Positions 19,438-32,396 of a stretch of DNA of 64,000 nucleotides are shown piece after piece. Each line of letters opens with the position of its first letter. Position 1 is the first letter of the stretch. Under the pieces are notes generated by a model. The model was not told the origin of the DNA and did not search any database. It saw only the letters and a program-made list of their open reading frames with translations. Both the position numbers and the translations under genes were made by a program. Source of the stretch: Escherichia coli (GTDB lineage: Bacteria; Pseudomonadota; Gammaproteobacteria; Enterobacterales; Enterobacteriaceae); NCBI RefSeq assembly GCF_051903065.1, contig NZ_CP178438.1; one strand, given 5' to 3'.

Positions 19438-21724
19438 ACGCCCCGCGCTGTTATGGGGGCTAGTCTGCCTGGTCATGGCGGCGGCGTTGCTGATCCTGCT
19501 GCCGCAATCACGGCTGAACAGTAGCGTGCTGGCTATGTTACCCAAACAGGCGATGGGCGATATTCCCCCAGCGCTGAATGACGGCTTTATGCAGCGTCTG
19601 GACCGCCAACTGGTGTGGCTGGTCAGCCCCGGTAAAGAGGCTAATCCCAGGGTCGCTCAGGAGTGGCTGACGCAGCTGCAAAAATCCGCTGCGCTTGGCG
19701 ACATTAAAGGGCCAATGGATGCCGCCAGCCAGCAGGCGTGGGGAGCGTTTTTCTGGCAGCACCGCAACGGCCTGATTGACCACGACACCCGCGCCCGCCT
19801 GCAAAACGGCGGCGAAGCGCAGGCGCAGTGGATCCTCTCCCAGCTTTATTCTGCATTCTCCGGGGTAAGCGGCAAGGAGCTGCAAAACGATCCGCTGATG
19901 TTAATGCGCGGCTCGCAGCTGGCGATGGCAAAAAATGGCCAGCGTTTGCGGCTGATGGACGGCTGGCTGGTGACGCAGGATCCCCAGGGCAACTACTGGT
20001 ATCTGCTGCACGGCGAACTGGCGGGATCGTCGTTTGATATGCAGCAAACCCACCAGCTCATCACGACCCTGAATACGCTGGAAAAGGATCTGAAAACGCG
20101 TTACCCACAGGCGCAGTTGCTCTCGCGCGGCACGGTATTTTACAGCGATTACGCCAGTCAACAGGCGAAGCAGGATATCTCAACCCTGGGCGTGGCAACG
20201 CTGCTGGGGGTGATATTGCTGATTGTGGCGGTGTTCCGCTCTTTGCGCCCGTTGCTGCTTTGCGTGATTTCCATCGGCATCGGCGCGCTGGCGGGAACGG
20301 TCGCCACTTTATTGATTTTCGGTGAATTACACCTGATGACGCTGGTGATGAGCATGAGCGTTATCGGCATTTCCGCTGACTACACGCTCTATTATCTCAC
20401 CGAGCGGATGGTTCACGGCAACGACGTTTCGCCGTGGCAAAGCCTGGCGAAAGTACGCAATGCCTTGCTACTGGCGCTGCTCACCACCGTGGCGGCGTAT
20501 CTGATTATGATGCTCGCCCCCTTCCCCGGCATTCGCCAGATGGCGATTTTTGCCGCCGTCGGGTTGAGCGCCTCCTGTCTGACCGTCCTGTTCTGGCATC
20601 CGTGGCTGTGCCGTGGCCTGCCGGTGCGTCCGGTTCCGGCGATGGCGCTGATGCTACGCTGGCTGGCAGCGTGGCGGCGTAATAAAAAACTGTCGCTGGG
20701 TCTGCCCGTCGCGCTGGCGCTGTTTTCGCTGGCGGGGATGTCAATGCTACGCGTCGATGACGATATCTCGCAGTTACAGGCGCTACCGCAGCATATTCTG
20801 GCGCAGGAAAAAGCCATTACCGCCCTGACCAGGCAGAGCGTCGATCAAAAATGGTTTGTGGTTTACGGCGATTCGCCACAGCAAACATTGCGGCGACTGG
20901 AGAAATATACCGCCTCACTTGAGTATGCGAAAAAAGAGGGGCTTATCAGCAACTACCGCACCATTCCGCTGAACTCCCTTGCGCGGCAGGAGGAAGATTT
21001 ACAACTGCTGAAAACGGCGGCCCCGACAGTAACAAAAGCGCTGCAAAATGCCGGGCTGACGGCAGTGAACCCGGATCTCAACGCCATGCCAGTGAACGTT
21101 GATGAATGGCTGGCAAGCCCCGCCAGTGAAGGCTGGCGTCTGCTGTGGCTGACGCTGGAAAACGGCGAAAGCGGCGTACTGGTGCCGGTTGAAGGGGTTA
21201 AAAGTAGCGCGTTGATGCAGGAAATCGCCAGCTATTACCCTTGCGGCATTGCCTGGGTTGATCGCAAAAGCACCTTTGATGAATTGTTCGCACTTTACCG
21301 TTATGTCTTAACCGGCTTGTTGCTGGTGGCGCTGGCGGTGATTGCCTGCGGCGCAGTGGCCCGTCTCGGCTGGCGCAAAGGGCTTATCAGCCTGGTGCCT
21401 TCGGTGCTTTCGCTGGGCTGCGGTCTGGCGGTGCTGGCGATGAGCGGGCAGGCGGTGAATATCTTTTCGCTTCTGGCGCTGGTGCTGGTGCTTGGCATCG
21501 GCATCAATTACACGCTGTTTTTCAGTAATCCGCGCGGCACACCGTTAACTTCGCTACTGGCGATCACACTGGCAATGCTCACCACCTTGCTGACGCTGGG
21601 AATGTTGGTATTCAGCGCCACCCAGGCCATCAGCAGTTTTGGCATTGTGCTGGTGAGCGGTATTTTCACCGCCTTCCTGCTTTCGCCGCTGGCTATGCCC
21701 GATAAAAAGAGAACAAAAAAATGA
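19406..21724 (+). CDS. MMPL/RND-superfamily exporter
   Basis: 772 aa with two clusters of TM helices separated by soluble loops. Confidence 0.8.
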   Translation: MTNANVLPPSKRPALLWGLVCLVMAAALLILLPQSRLNSSVLAMLPKQAMGDIPPALNDGFMQRLDRQLVWLVSPGKEANPRVAQEWLTQLQKSAALGDIKGPMDAASQQAWGAFFWQHRNGLIDHDTRARLQNGGEAQAQWILSQLYSAFSGVSGKELQNDPLMLMRGSQLAMAKNGQRLRLMDGWLVTQDPQGNYWYLLHGELAGSSFDMQQTHQLITTLNTLEKDLKTRYPQAQLLSRGTVFYSDYASQQAKQDISTLGVATLLGVILLIVAVFRSLRPLLLCVISIGIGALAGTVATLLIFGELHLMTLVMSMSVIGISADYTLYYLTERMVHGNDVSPWQSLAKVRNALLLALLTTVAAYLIMMLAPFPGIRQMAIFAAVGLSASCLTVLFWHPWLCRGLPVRPVPAMALMLRWLAAWRRNKKLSLGLPVALALFSLAGMSMLRVDDDISQLQALPQHILAQEKAITALTRQSVDQKWFVVYGDSPQQTLRRLEKYTASLEYAKKEGLISNYRTIPLNSLARQEEDLQLLKTAAPTVTKALQNAGLTAVNPDLNAMPVNVDEWLASPASEGWRLLWLTLENGESGVLVPVEGVKSSALMQEIASYYPCGIAWVDRKSTFDELFALYRYVLTGLLLVALAVIACGAVARLGWRKGLISLVPSVLSLGCGLAVLAMSGQAVNIFSLLALVLVLGIGINYTLFFSNPRGTPLTSLLAITLAMLTTLLTLGMLVFSATQAISSFGIVLVSGIFTAFLLSPLAMPDKKRTKK

Positions 21725-22305
21725 TCAAATCCACATTCTGGCGAGCGTTCGCCCTGACCGCTACGCTTATCCTCACCGGCTGTAGCCACTCGCAACCAGA
21801 ACAGGAAGGCCGCCCGCAGGCGTGGCTGCAACCTGGCACGCGCATCACGCTGCCGGCACCAGGGATTTCACCCGCAGTCAATTCGCAGCAACTGTTGACC
21901 GGCAGCTTCAACGGCAAAACCCAGTCGCTGCTAGTAATGCTTAACGCCGACGACCAGAAAATCACCCTTGCCGGGCTGTCGTCGGTCGGCATTCGCCTGT
22001 TTCTGGTGACCTACGATGCAAAAGGGCTACGCGCCGAGCAATCCATCGTCGTCCCGCAGTTGCCGCCCGCAAGTCAGGTGCTGGCTGACGTAATGCTCAG
22101 CCACTGGCCGATTAGCGCCTGGCAACCGCAACTTCCCGCAGGATGGACACTTCGCGACAACGGTGACAAACGCGAGCTGCGTAACGCCAGCGGCAAACTG
22201 GTCACGGAAATCACCTATCTGAATCGCCAGGGAAAACGCGTGCCAATCAGCATTGAGCAGCATGTCTTTAAATACCACATCACCATTCAATACTTAGGTG
22301 ACTGA
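21721..22305 (+). CDS. Lipoprotein (DUF3261-like)
   Basis: Lipobox LTGCSHS; ATGA overlap with upstream gene. Confidence 0.65.
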   Translation: MIKSTFWRAFALTATLILTGCSHSQPEQEGRPQAWLQPGTRITLPAPGISPAVNSQQLLTGSFNGKTQSLLVMLNADDQKITLAGLSSVGIRLFLVTYDAKGLRAEQSIVVPQLPPASQVLADVMLSHWPISAWQPQLPAGWTLRDNGDKRELRNASGKLVTEITYLNRQGKRVPISIEQHVFKYHITIQYLGD

Positions 22306-22306
22306 T

Positions 22307-23476
22307 ATGATTTATATTTCCGCCGTCGGCATGATCAACGCCCTGGGAAATAACCTTGACGAAATCGCAGCCAACCTGGCTCGCGGTGTCGCCCCCGGAA
22401 TGCGCCCACGCGCAGGCTGGTTGCAGGGGCATCCGCAGGCGGTCCTGGCTGGCGTGGATGGCGAGCTTCCGCTTATCCCGGAAAAATTCGCTGCGCATCG
22501 CTCGCGCAACAATCAGATCCTGCTGGCGGCGCTGGCGCAGCTCCAGCCGCAGGTTGATGACACTATAGCGAAATATGGTCGCGAGCGCATCGCGATTGTA
22601 CTTGGCACCAGCACCTCCGGCCTGCATGAAGGCGACACGCACGTTAACCTGCGCACCCACGGGCAGCCGAGCACCACATGGCATTACGCGCAACAGGAAC
22701 TCGGCGATCCGTCGCGTTTTCTCAGCCACTGGCTGGCGCTCGACGGCCCGGCTTATACCCTTTCAACCGCCTGCTCCTCCAGCGCCAGAGCGATGATCAG
22801 CGGGCGCAGGCTTATCGAGGCGGGGCTGGTCGATGCCGCCATTGTGGGTGGCGCAGACACCCTGAGCCGGATGCCGATTAACGGTTTTCACAGCCTCGAA
22901 TCGCTGTCGCCAACCTTATGTCAGCCGTTCGGTCGTGACCGCGCAGGTATCACCATTGGTGAAGGGGCGGGGCTAATGCTGCTGACCCGCGAACCGCAGC
23001 CCATCGCATTGCTGGGCGTTGGTGAATCGAGCGACGCTTACCATATTTCAGCTCCGCATCCGCAGGGCGAAGGAGCGATCCGCGCTATTAATCAGGCGCT
23101 GACCGATGCGCAGCTTACGCCGGATGACGTCGGCTATATCAACCTGCACGGCACCGCCACACAGCTCAACGACCAGATTGAATCAATGGTGGTTAACGCC
23201 CTGTTTGGCGAACGCGTACCGTGCAGCTCCACCAAACATTTGACCGGACACACGCTGGGCGCAGCGGGCATTACCGAGGCGGCAATTAGTATGTTGATTT
23301 TACAGCGTGATTTACCGCTGCCCGCTCAGGACTTCAGCCTGTCGCCGCGCGATCCCACGCTGCCACCGTGTGGCATTATCGAAAAACCGCAGCCGCTGGC
23401 ACGTCCGGTGATCCTGTCCAATTCCTTCGCCTTTGGCGGCAATAACGCCAGCATTCTGCTCGGGAGGGTTTCGTGA
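22307..23476 (+). CDS. Beta-ketoacyl-ACP synthase (ApeO-like)
   Basis: Cys-His-His triad motifs LSTACSSS, LHGTATQ, GHTLGAAG. Confidence 0.85.
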   Translation: MIYISAVGMINALGNNLDEIAANLARGVAPGMRPRAGWLQGHPQAVLAGVDGELPLIPEKFAAHRSRNNQILLAALAQLQPQVDDTIAKYGRERIAIVLGTSTSGLHEGDTHVNLRTHGQPSTTWHYAQQELGDPSRFLSHWLALDGPAYTLSTACSSSARAMISGRRLIEAGLVDAAIVGGADTLSRMPINGFHSLESLSPTLCQPFGRDRAGITIGEGAGLMLLTREPQPIALLGVGESSDAYHISAPHPQGEGAIRAINQALTDAQLTPDDVGYINLHGTATQLNDQIESMVVNALFGERVPCSSTKHLTGHTLGAAGITEAAISMLILQRDLPLPAQDFSLSPRDPTLPPCGIIEKPQPLARPVILSNSFAFGGNNASILLGRVS

Positions 23477-23937
23477 GCCACTATTTATCCCCCGGTGCTT
23501 ATCTGCCCCACGACGCGCCCATGTTACTGCTGGAAGACGTGGTGAGCGTCAGCGATGACAGCGCGGTGTGCCGCGTGACGGTTTCGCCCAGTGGCGTACT
23601 GGCACCGTTTCTCGACCCGGACGGCAATCTCCCCGGCTGGTTTACCCTTGAACTGATGGCGCAAACCGTCGGCGTCTGGTCTGGCTGGCATCGCCACCAG
23701 CAGGGCAAAAACAGTATTGAGTTAGGGATGATACTGGGCGCGCGTGAATTGCTTTGCACCACTGGCATTCTGCCCGCAGGCCAGACGCTGACCATTACCG
23801 TCAAACTGCTGATGCAAGACGATCGCTTCGGCAGTTTTGAGTGCAGCATCAACGACGGCGAGGCAACGGGCCGCATTAACACCTTCCAGCCGACCGCGGA
23901 AGAACTTACCACCCTGTTTCAACAAGGAGCGTCCTGA
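23473..23937 (+). CDS. Hotdog-fold dehydratase (FabA-like)
   Basis: 154-aa hotdog-sized ORF; GTGA overlap with upstream ketosynthase. Confidence 0.7.
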   Translation: MSHYLSPGAYLPHDAPMLLLEDVVSVSDDSAVCRVTVSPSGVLAPFLDPDGNLPGWFTLELMAQTVGVWSGWHRHQQGKNSIELGMILGARELLCTTGILPAGQTLTITVKLLMQDDRFGSFECSINDGEATGRINTFQPTAEELTTLFQQGAS

Positions 23938-24668
23938 TGAGTCGTTCAGTTCTGGTTACTGGTGCCAGCAAAGGCATTGGTCGCGCCATCGCCTGCCAAC
24001 TGGCGGCAGACGGCTTTAACATTGGCGTTCACTATCACCGTGACGCCACAGGCGCTCAGGAAACGCTGAATGCCATTGTCGCCAATGGGGGTAACGGGCG
24101 TTTGCTCAGTTTCGACGTCGCAAACCGCGAACAGTGTCGGGAAGTGCTGGAGCATGAGATCGCGCAACACGGTGCCTGGTACGGCGTGGTCAGTAACGCC
24201 GGGATCGCCCGCGATGCCGCTTTTCCGGCTTTAAGCGATGACGACTGGGATGCGGTGATCCACACCAACCTCGACAGTTTCTACAACGTCATTCAGCCGT
24301 GCATTATGCCGATGATCGGCGCACGCCAGGGTGGGCGCATCATCACGCTATCCTCGGTTTCCGGCGTAATGGGCAATCGCGGCCAGGTGAATTACAGCGC
24401 TGCCAAAGCCGGAATTATCGGCGCAACAAAAGCGCTGGCTATCGAACTCGCGAAGCGCAAAATCACCGTCAACTGCATCGCGCCGGGGCTTATTGATACC
24501 GGGATGATCGAAATGGAAGAGAGCGCTCTGAAAGAGGCAATGTCGATGATCCCCATGAAACGTATGGGCCAGGCGGAAGAAGTTGCCGGGCTTGCCAGTT
24601 ATTTAATGTCTGATATTGCGGGTTACGTCACCCGCCAAGTTATTTCCATCAACGGAGGGATGTTATGA
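23937..24668 (+). CDS. 3-oxoacyl-ACP reductase (FabG-like SDR)
   Basis: TGASKGIGRAIA Rossmann motif, catalytic YSAAK. Confidence 0.9.
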   Translation: MSRSVLVTGASKGIGRAIACQLAADGFNIGVHYHRDATGAQETLNAIVANGGNGRLLSFDVANREQCREVLEHEIAQHGAWYGVVSNAGIARDAAFPALSDDDWDAVIHTNLDSFYNVIQPCIMPMIGARQGGRIITLSSVSGVMGNRGQVNYSAAKAGIIGATKALAIELAKRKITVNCIAPGLIDTGMIEMEESALKEAMSMIPMKRMGQAEEVAGLASYLMSDIAGYVTRQVISINGGML

Positions 24669-25894
24669 CACGTCGCGTAGTGATTACAGGAATGGGCGGC
24701 GTGACTGCCTTTGGTGAAAACTGGCAGGACGTTTCTGCACGCTTACTGGCGTATGAAAATGCGGTGCGCAAAATGCCGGAGTGGCAGGTCTACGACGGGC
24801 TGCACACCCTGCTTGGCGCGCCTGTTGATGATTTCACGCTACCGGAGCACTACACCCGCAAGCGTATCCGTGCGATGGGCCGCGTGTCGCAAATGTCGAC
24901 CCGTGCCAGCGAGCTGGCGTTAGAGCAGGCAGGGTTGATTGGCGATCCGATATTAACCAGCGGCGAAACGGGCATTGCGTACGGTTCATCGACCGGCAGT
25001 ACCGGCCCGGTAAGCGAGTTCGCCACCATGCTGACGGAAAAGCACACCAATAACATCACTGGCACCACCTATGTGCAGATGATGCCGCACACCACCGCCG
25101 TTAATACTGGCCTCTTTTTCGGCCTGCGCGGGCGGGTGATCCCAACCTCCAGCGCCTGTACTTCCGGCAGCCAGGCAATCGGTTATGCGTGGGAAGCCAT
25201 TCGCCACGGTTATCAAACGGTGATGGTTGCTGGTGGTGCCGAAGAGTTATGTCCTTCAGAAGCAGCGGTATTTGATACGCTTTTCGCCACCAGCCAGCAC
25301 AATGATGCGCCGAAAACCACACCTTCACCGTTCGATGAAAACCGCGACGGGCTGGTGATTGGTGAAGGCGCAGGTACGCTCATTCTCGAAGAACTGGAAC
25401 ACGCCAAAGCGCGCGGCGCGACCATTTACGGTGAAATCGTCGGCTTTGCGACGAACTGCGACGCGGCACATATTACCCAGCCGCAGCGCGAAACCATGCA
25501 GTATTGTATGGAGCAATCGCTGAAAATCGCCGGGTTAAGCGCACAAGATATCGGCTATATTTCAGCGCATGGTACGGCGACCGATCGCGGTGATATGGCA
25601 GAAAGTCTGGCGACAGCAACCATTTACGGTGATAATGTGCCGCTCTCCTCGCTGAAAAGTTATTTTGGTCATACGCTTGGTGCCTGTGGCGCGCTCGAAG
25701 CCTGGATGAGTCTGCAAATGATGCGCGAAGGTTGGTTTGCGCCTACGCTAAACCTGAATAAACCAGACCCGAATTGTGGCGCGCTGGATTACATCATGCA
25801 TGAAGCCCGCAAGGTTGATTGTGAGTTTTTACAGAGTAACAACTTTGCCTTTGGCGGCATTAATACATCCATCATCATTAAACGTTGGCCCTGA
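24665..25894 (+). CDS. Beta-ketoacyl-ACP synthase I/II-like (ApeR-like)
   Basis: SSACTSGS, AHGTATDRGD, GHTLGACGA. Confidence 0.9.
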   Translation: MTRRVVITGMGGVTAFGENWQDVSARLLAYENAVRKMPEWQVYDGLHTLLGAPVDDFTLPEHYTRKRIRAMGRVSQMSTRASELALEQAGLIGDPILTSGETGIAYGSSTGSTGPVSEFATMLTEKHTNNITGTTYVQMMPHTTAVNTGLFFGLRGRVIPTSSACTSGSQAIGYAWEAIRHGYQTVMVAGGAEELCPSEAAVFDTLFATSQHNDAPKTTPSPFDENRDGLVIGEGAGTLILEELEHAKARGATIYGEIVGFATNCDAAHITQPQRETMQYCMEQSLKIAGLSAQDIGYISAHGTATDRGDMAESLATATIYGDNVPLSSLKSYFGHTLGACGALEAWMSLQMMREGWFAPTLNLNKPDPNCGALDYIMHEARKVDCEFLQSNNFAFGGINTSIIIKRWP

Positions 25895-25895
25895 T

Positions 25896-26483
25896 ATGTA
25901 TCGGATAGTTCTGGGGAAAGTTTCGACCTTAAGCGCAGCTCCACTGCCACCGGGTTTACGCGAGCAAGCACCGCAAGGTCCACGACGCGAACGCTGGCTG
26001 GCGGGGCGTGCATTGCTTTCGCACACGCTTTCCCCGCTACCGGAGATCATCTATGGCGAACAAGGCAAACCTGCATTTGCGCCGGAAACGCCGCTATGGT
26101 TCAACTTAAGCCATAGCGGTGACGATATCGCCCTGCTGTTGAGTGATGAAGGCGAAGTCGGCTGCGATATCGAAGTGATTCGCCCGCGCGCCAACTGGCG
26201 CTGGCTGGCGAACGCCGTGTTCAGCCTCGGGGAACACGCTGAAATGGACGCCGTGCATCCTGATCAGCAACTGGAAATGTTCTGGCGCATCTGGACGCGC
26301 AAAGAAGCCATCGTTAAACAGCGTGGCGGCAGCGCCTGGCAAATCGTCAGCGTAGACAGCACCTATCACTCCTCGCTGTCAGTCAGCCATTGTCAGCTAG
26401 AAAATTTAAGCCTTGCGATCTGCACCCCCACCCCCTTTACGCTCACCGCCGACAGTGTGCAATGGATCGATTCAGTTAACTGA
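25896..26483 (+). CDS. acpT: 4'-phosphopantetheinyl transferase AcpT
   Basis: Starts MYRIVLGKVSTL 1 nt after the upstream ketosynthase stop; PPTase motifs. Confidence 0.9.
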   Translation: MYRIVLGKVSTLSAAPLPPGLREQAPQGPRRERWLAGRALLSHTLSPLPEIIYGEQGKPAFAPETPLWFNLSHSGDDIALLLSDEGEVGCDIEVIRPRANWRWLANAVFSLGEHAEMDAVHPDQQLEMFWRIWTRKEAIVKQRGGSAWQIVSVDSTYHSSLSVSHCQLENLSLAICTPTPFTLTADSVQWIDSVN

Positions 26484-26529
26484 TCCCGCCCACCCGACTG
26501 CCCATCTATTGATCCAGAACAGGTAATCA

Positions 26530-26557
26530 GTATGACGAATACTTAAAATCGTCATAC
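26530..26557. promoter_or_regulatory. NikR operator upstream of nikA
   Basis: GTATGA-N16-TCATAC dyad (gtatgacgaatacttaaaatcgtcatac). Confidence 0.75.
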
Positions 26558-26594
26558 TTATTTCCGCCATCTATTTTAATCCATTGGGGTTACC

Positions 26595-28169
26595 ATGCTC
26601 TCCACACTCCGCCGCACTCTATTTGCGCTGCTGGCTTGTGCGTCTTTTATCGTCCATGCCGCTGCACCAGATGAAATCACCACCGCCTGGCCGGTGAATG
26701 TCGGGCCACTAAACCCGCACCTTTACACGCCTAACCAGATGTTCGCCCAGAGCATGGTTTATGAACCGCTGGTGAAATATCAGGCTGATGGTTCGGTGAT
26801 CCCGTGGCTGGCAAAAAGCTGGACTCATTCAGAAGATGGTAAAACCTGGACCTTCACCCTGCGTGATGACGTGAAATTCTCCAACGGCGAACCGTTTGAT
26901 GCAGAGGCAGCGGCAGAAAACTTCCGCGCAGTGCTCGATAACCGTCAACGTCACGCCTGGCTGGAGCTGGCAAACCAGATTGTTGATGTCAAAGCACTCA
27001 GTAAAACAGAGCTGCAAATCACCCTGAAAAGCGCCTACTATCCTTTCCTGCAAGAACTGGCCCTGCCGCGCCCTTTCCGCTTTATCGCCCCCTCGCAGTT
27101 TAAAAACCATGAAACCATGAACGGGATTAAAGCGCCGATTGGCACCGGGCCGTGGGTTTTGCAGGAATCGAAACTGAATCAGTACGATGTCTTCGTCCGT
27201 AACGAAAACTACTGGGGCGAAAAGCCGGCGATTAAGAAGATCACTTTTAACGTCATCCCGGACCCTACTACCCGCGCGGTGGCGTTTGAAACTGGCGATA
27301 TCGACCTGCTGTACGGAAACGAAGGGTTATTACCGCTCGATACCTTCGCCCGCTTTAGCCAGAACCCGGCTTACCATACCCAACTGTCGCAGCCGATCGA
27401 AACCGTGATGCTGGCGCTTAATACCGCCAAAGCCCCCACCAATGAGCTGGCAGTACGTGAAGCTCTTAATTACGCGGTAAACAAAAAATCGCTGATTGAT
27501 AACGCGTTGTATGGCACCCAGCAGGTCGCCGACACCCTGTTTGCCCCTTCTGTGCCCTACGCCAACCTCGGCCTGAAACCGCGCCAGTACGATCCGCAGA
27601 AAGCGAAAGCGTTGCTGGAAAAAGCCGGTTGGACGCTGCCTGCGGGCAAAGACATCCGCGAGAAAAATGGTCAGCCGCTGCGCATTGAACTGTCGTTCAT
27701 CGGCACCGATGCGTTAAGCAAATCGATGGCGGAAATCATTCAGGCTGATATGCGCCAGATTGGCGCAGATGTCTCGCTGATTGGCGAAGAAGAGAGCAGT
27801 ATCTATGCTCGTCAGCGCGACGGTCGTTTTGGCATGATTTTCCACCGCACCTGGGGCGCGCCATACGATCCACACGCCTTCCTCAGTTCAATGCGCGTAC
27901 CGTCACACGCTGACTTCCAGGCACAGCAAGGATTAGCCGACAAACCGCTGATTGATAAAGAGATCGGCGAAGTGCTGGCGACCCATGACGAAACGCAACG
28001 TCAGGCGCTGTATCGCGACATTCTGACCCGTCTGCATGACGAGGCGGTTTATCTGCCTATCAGTTACATCTCAATGATGGTGGTATCAAAACCGGAGCTG
28101 GGTAACATCCCCTACGCGCCGATCGCCACCGAAATTCCGTTCGAACAGATTAAACCGGTGAAACCTTAA
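26595..28169 (+). CDS. nikA: Periplasmic nickel-binding protein NikA
   Basis: 524 aa, signal peptide, SBP family 5; first gene of nikABCDE. Confidence 0.95.
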   Translation: MLSTLRRTLFALLACASFIVHAAAPDEITTAWPVNVGPLNPHLYTPNQMFAQSMVYEPLVKYQADGSVIPWLAKSWTHSEDGKTWTFTLRDDVKFSNGEPFDAEAAAENFRAVLDNRQRHAWLELANQIVDVKALSKTELQITLKSAYYPFLQELALPRPFRFIAPSQFKNHETMNGIKAPIGTGPWVLQESKLNQYDVFVRNENYWGEKPAIKKITFNVIPDPTTRAVAFETGDIDLLYGNEGLLPLDTFARFSQNPAYHTQLSQPIETVMLALNTAKAPTNELAVREALNYAVNKKSLIDNALYGTQQVADTLFAPSVPYANLGLKPRQYDPQKAKALLEKAGWTLPAGKDIREKNGQPLRIELSFIGTDALSKSMAEIIQADMRQIGADVSLIGEEESSIYARQRDGRFGMIFHRTWGAPYDPHAFLSSMRVPSHADFQAQQGLADKPLIDKEIGEVLATHDETQRQALYRDILTRLHDEAVYLPISYISMMVVSKPELGNIPYAPIATEIPFEQIKPVKP

Positions 28170-29109
28170 TGTTGCGTTACGTATTACGCCGCTTTCTGCT
28201 GCTGATCCCGATGGTGCTCGCCGCCTCGGTGATCATTTTTCTGATGCTGCGCCTCGGTACCGGCGACCCGGCGCTCGATTATCTGCGTTTATCTAACCTG
28301 CCGCCGACGCCGGAGATGCTGGCCTCTACCCGCACCATGCTCGGACTGGATCAGCCGCTGTACGTCCAGTACGGCACCTGGTTGTGGAAGGCGCTGCATC
28401 TTGACTTTGGTATCTCATTCGCCAGCCAACGCCCGGTACTGGACGATATGCTGAACTTCCTGCCCGCCACGCTGGAACTTGCAGGTGCGGCGCTGGTATT
28501 AATTCTGCTCACTTCTGTGCCGCTCGGTATCTGGGCGGCGCGCCATCGCGATCGTCTGCCGGATTTCGCCATACGTTTCATCGCGTTTCTCGGCGTGTCG
28601 ATGCCTAACTTCTGGCTGGCGTTTTTACTGGTGATGGCGTTTTCGGTGTATCTGCAATGGCTACCCGCGATGGGCTACGGCGGCTGGCAGCACATCATTC
28701 TGCCTGCGGTTTCCATCGCCTTTATGTCGCTGGCGATTAACGCGCGACTGCTGCGCGCCAGTATGCTGGACGTCGCCGGTCAGCGTCACGTCACCTGGGC
28801 GCGGCTACGCGGCCTGAATGACAAACAGACCGAACGCCGCCATATTCTGCGCAATGCCTCGCTGCCGATGATCACCGCCGTGGGGATGCACATCGGCGAA
28901 CTGATTGGCGGGACGATGATTATCGAAAACATCTTTGCCTGGCCGGGCGTCGGGCGCTATGCGGTGTCGGCGATTTTTAACCGTGACTATCCGGTGATCC
29001 AGTGCTTTACGCTGATGATGGTGGTGGTTTTTGTGGTCTGTAATTTGATTGTCGATTTGCTCAACGCCGCGCTGGACCCACGCATTCGTCGTCATGAAGG
29101 AGCGCACGC

Positions 29110-29113
<4 letters not shown>
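28169..29113 (+). CDS. nikB: Nickel ABC permease NikB
   Basis: 314-aa permease, ATGA overlap. Confidence 0.9.
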
Positions 29114-31917
<2,804 letters not shown>

Positions 31918-31949
31918 GTTATTTCTGAAACGAGGAAAGAAAAGATATT

Positions 31950-31982
31950 AACTGAACTTAATTTATAAAATTAAGTTCAGTT
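31950..31982 (-). terminator. Perfect 15-bp-stem hairpin; probable intrinsic terminator for the minus-strand hicAB-like operon
   Basis: AACTGAACTTAATTT-ATA-AAATTAAGTTCAGTT; on the minus strand it is followed by a U-rich tract. Confidence 0.5.
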
Positions 31983-32036
31983 GCATAGATAGATCCTGTA
32001 AAGGCAGATATTCTGCGTAATGTACGCCGCTAAAAT

Positions 32037-32396
32037 TTATAAATGATTCAAACGCTCATTCAGTGTTTCAATAATATAGGTATTAACAGAGACTTGTTGC
32101 TGCGCAGCCGCATTATTAAGGCGTTCACTCAGCGATTCTGGATAGCGTAACGTAAAGGTCTTAATCTTTTCTGTACGCGCATACGGCTCAATACCCGCAG
32201 CTTTACAATCCTCAAGATACTCTCGCAGGGAAAGTTCCCCTTCTTTTTGCAGCCCCTGAATGCTGTCAGAGACAAAATCACAATAACCTGACAAGCCCAG
32301 GAATTTGCCACGAAATGCATTCAGTTCTGGCACGTAAGTGATAACAGCAGGTTGCCCGGCAATCTCCATAGAGTTTGGCGTCTTCAGTTTGATCAT
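32037..32396 (-). CDS. HicB-like antitoxin (RNase-H-like N-domain plus C-terminal ribbon-helix-helix)
   Basis: 119 aa; C-terminal TFTLRYPESLSERLNNAAAQQQVSVNTYIIETLNERL resembles CopG/RHH; 4-nt overlap with upstream partner. Confidence 0.6.
   Translation of the reverse strand: MIKLKTPNSMEIAGQPAVITYVPELNAFRGKFLGLSGYCDFVSDSIQGLQKEGELSLREYLEDCKAAGIEPYARTEKIKTFTLRYPESLSERLNNAAAQQQVSVNTYIIETLNERLNHL

Noticed and set aside
26500-26525. FNR binding site upstream of nikA (TTGATCCAGAACAG)
   Set aside because: Only one half-site resembles the TTGAT-N4-ATCAA consensus; I could not identify a clean dyad by eye, so it is not listed as a feature
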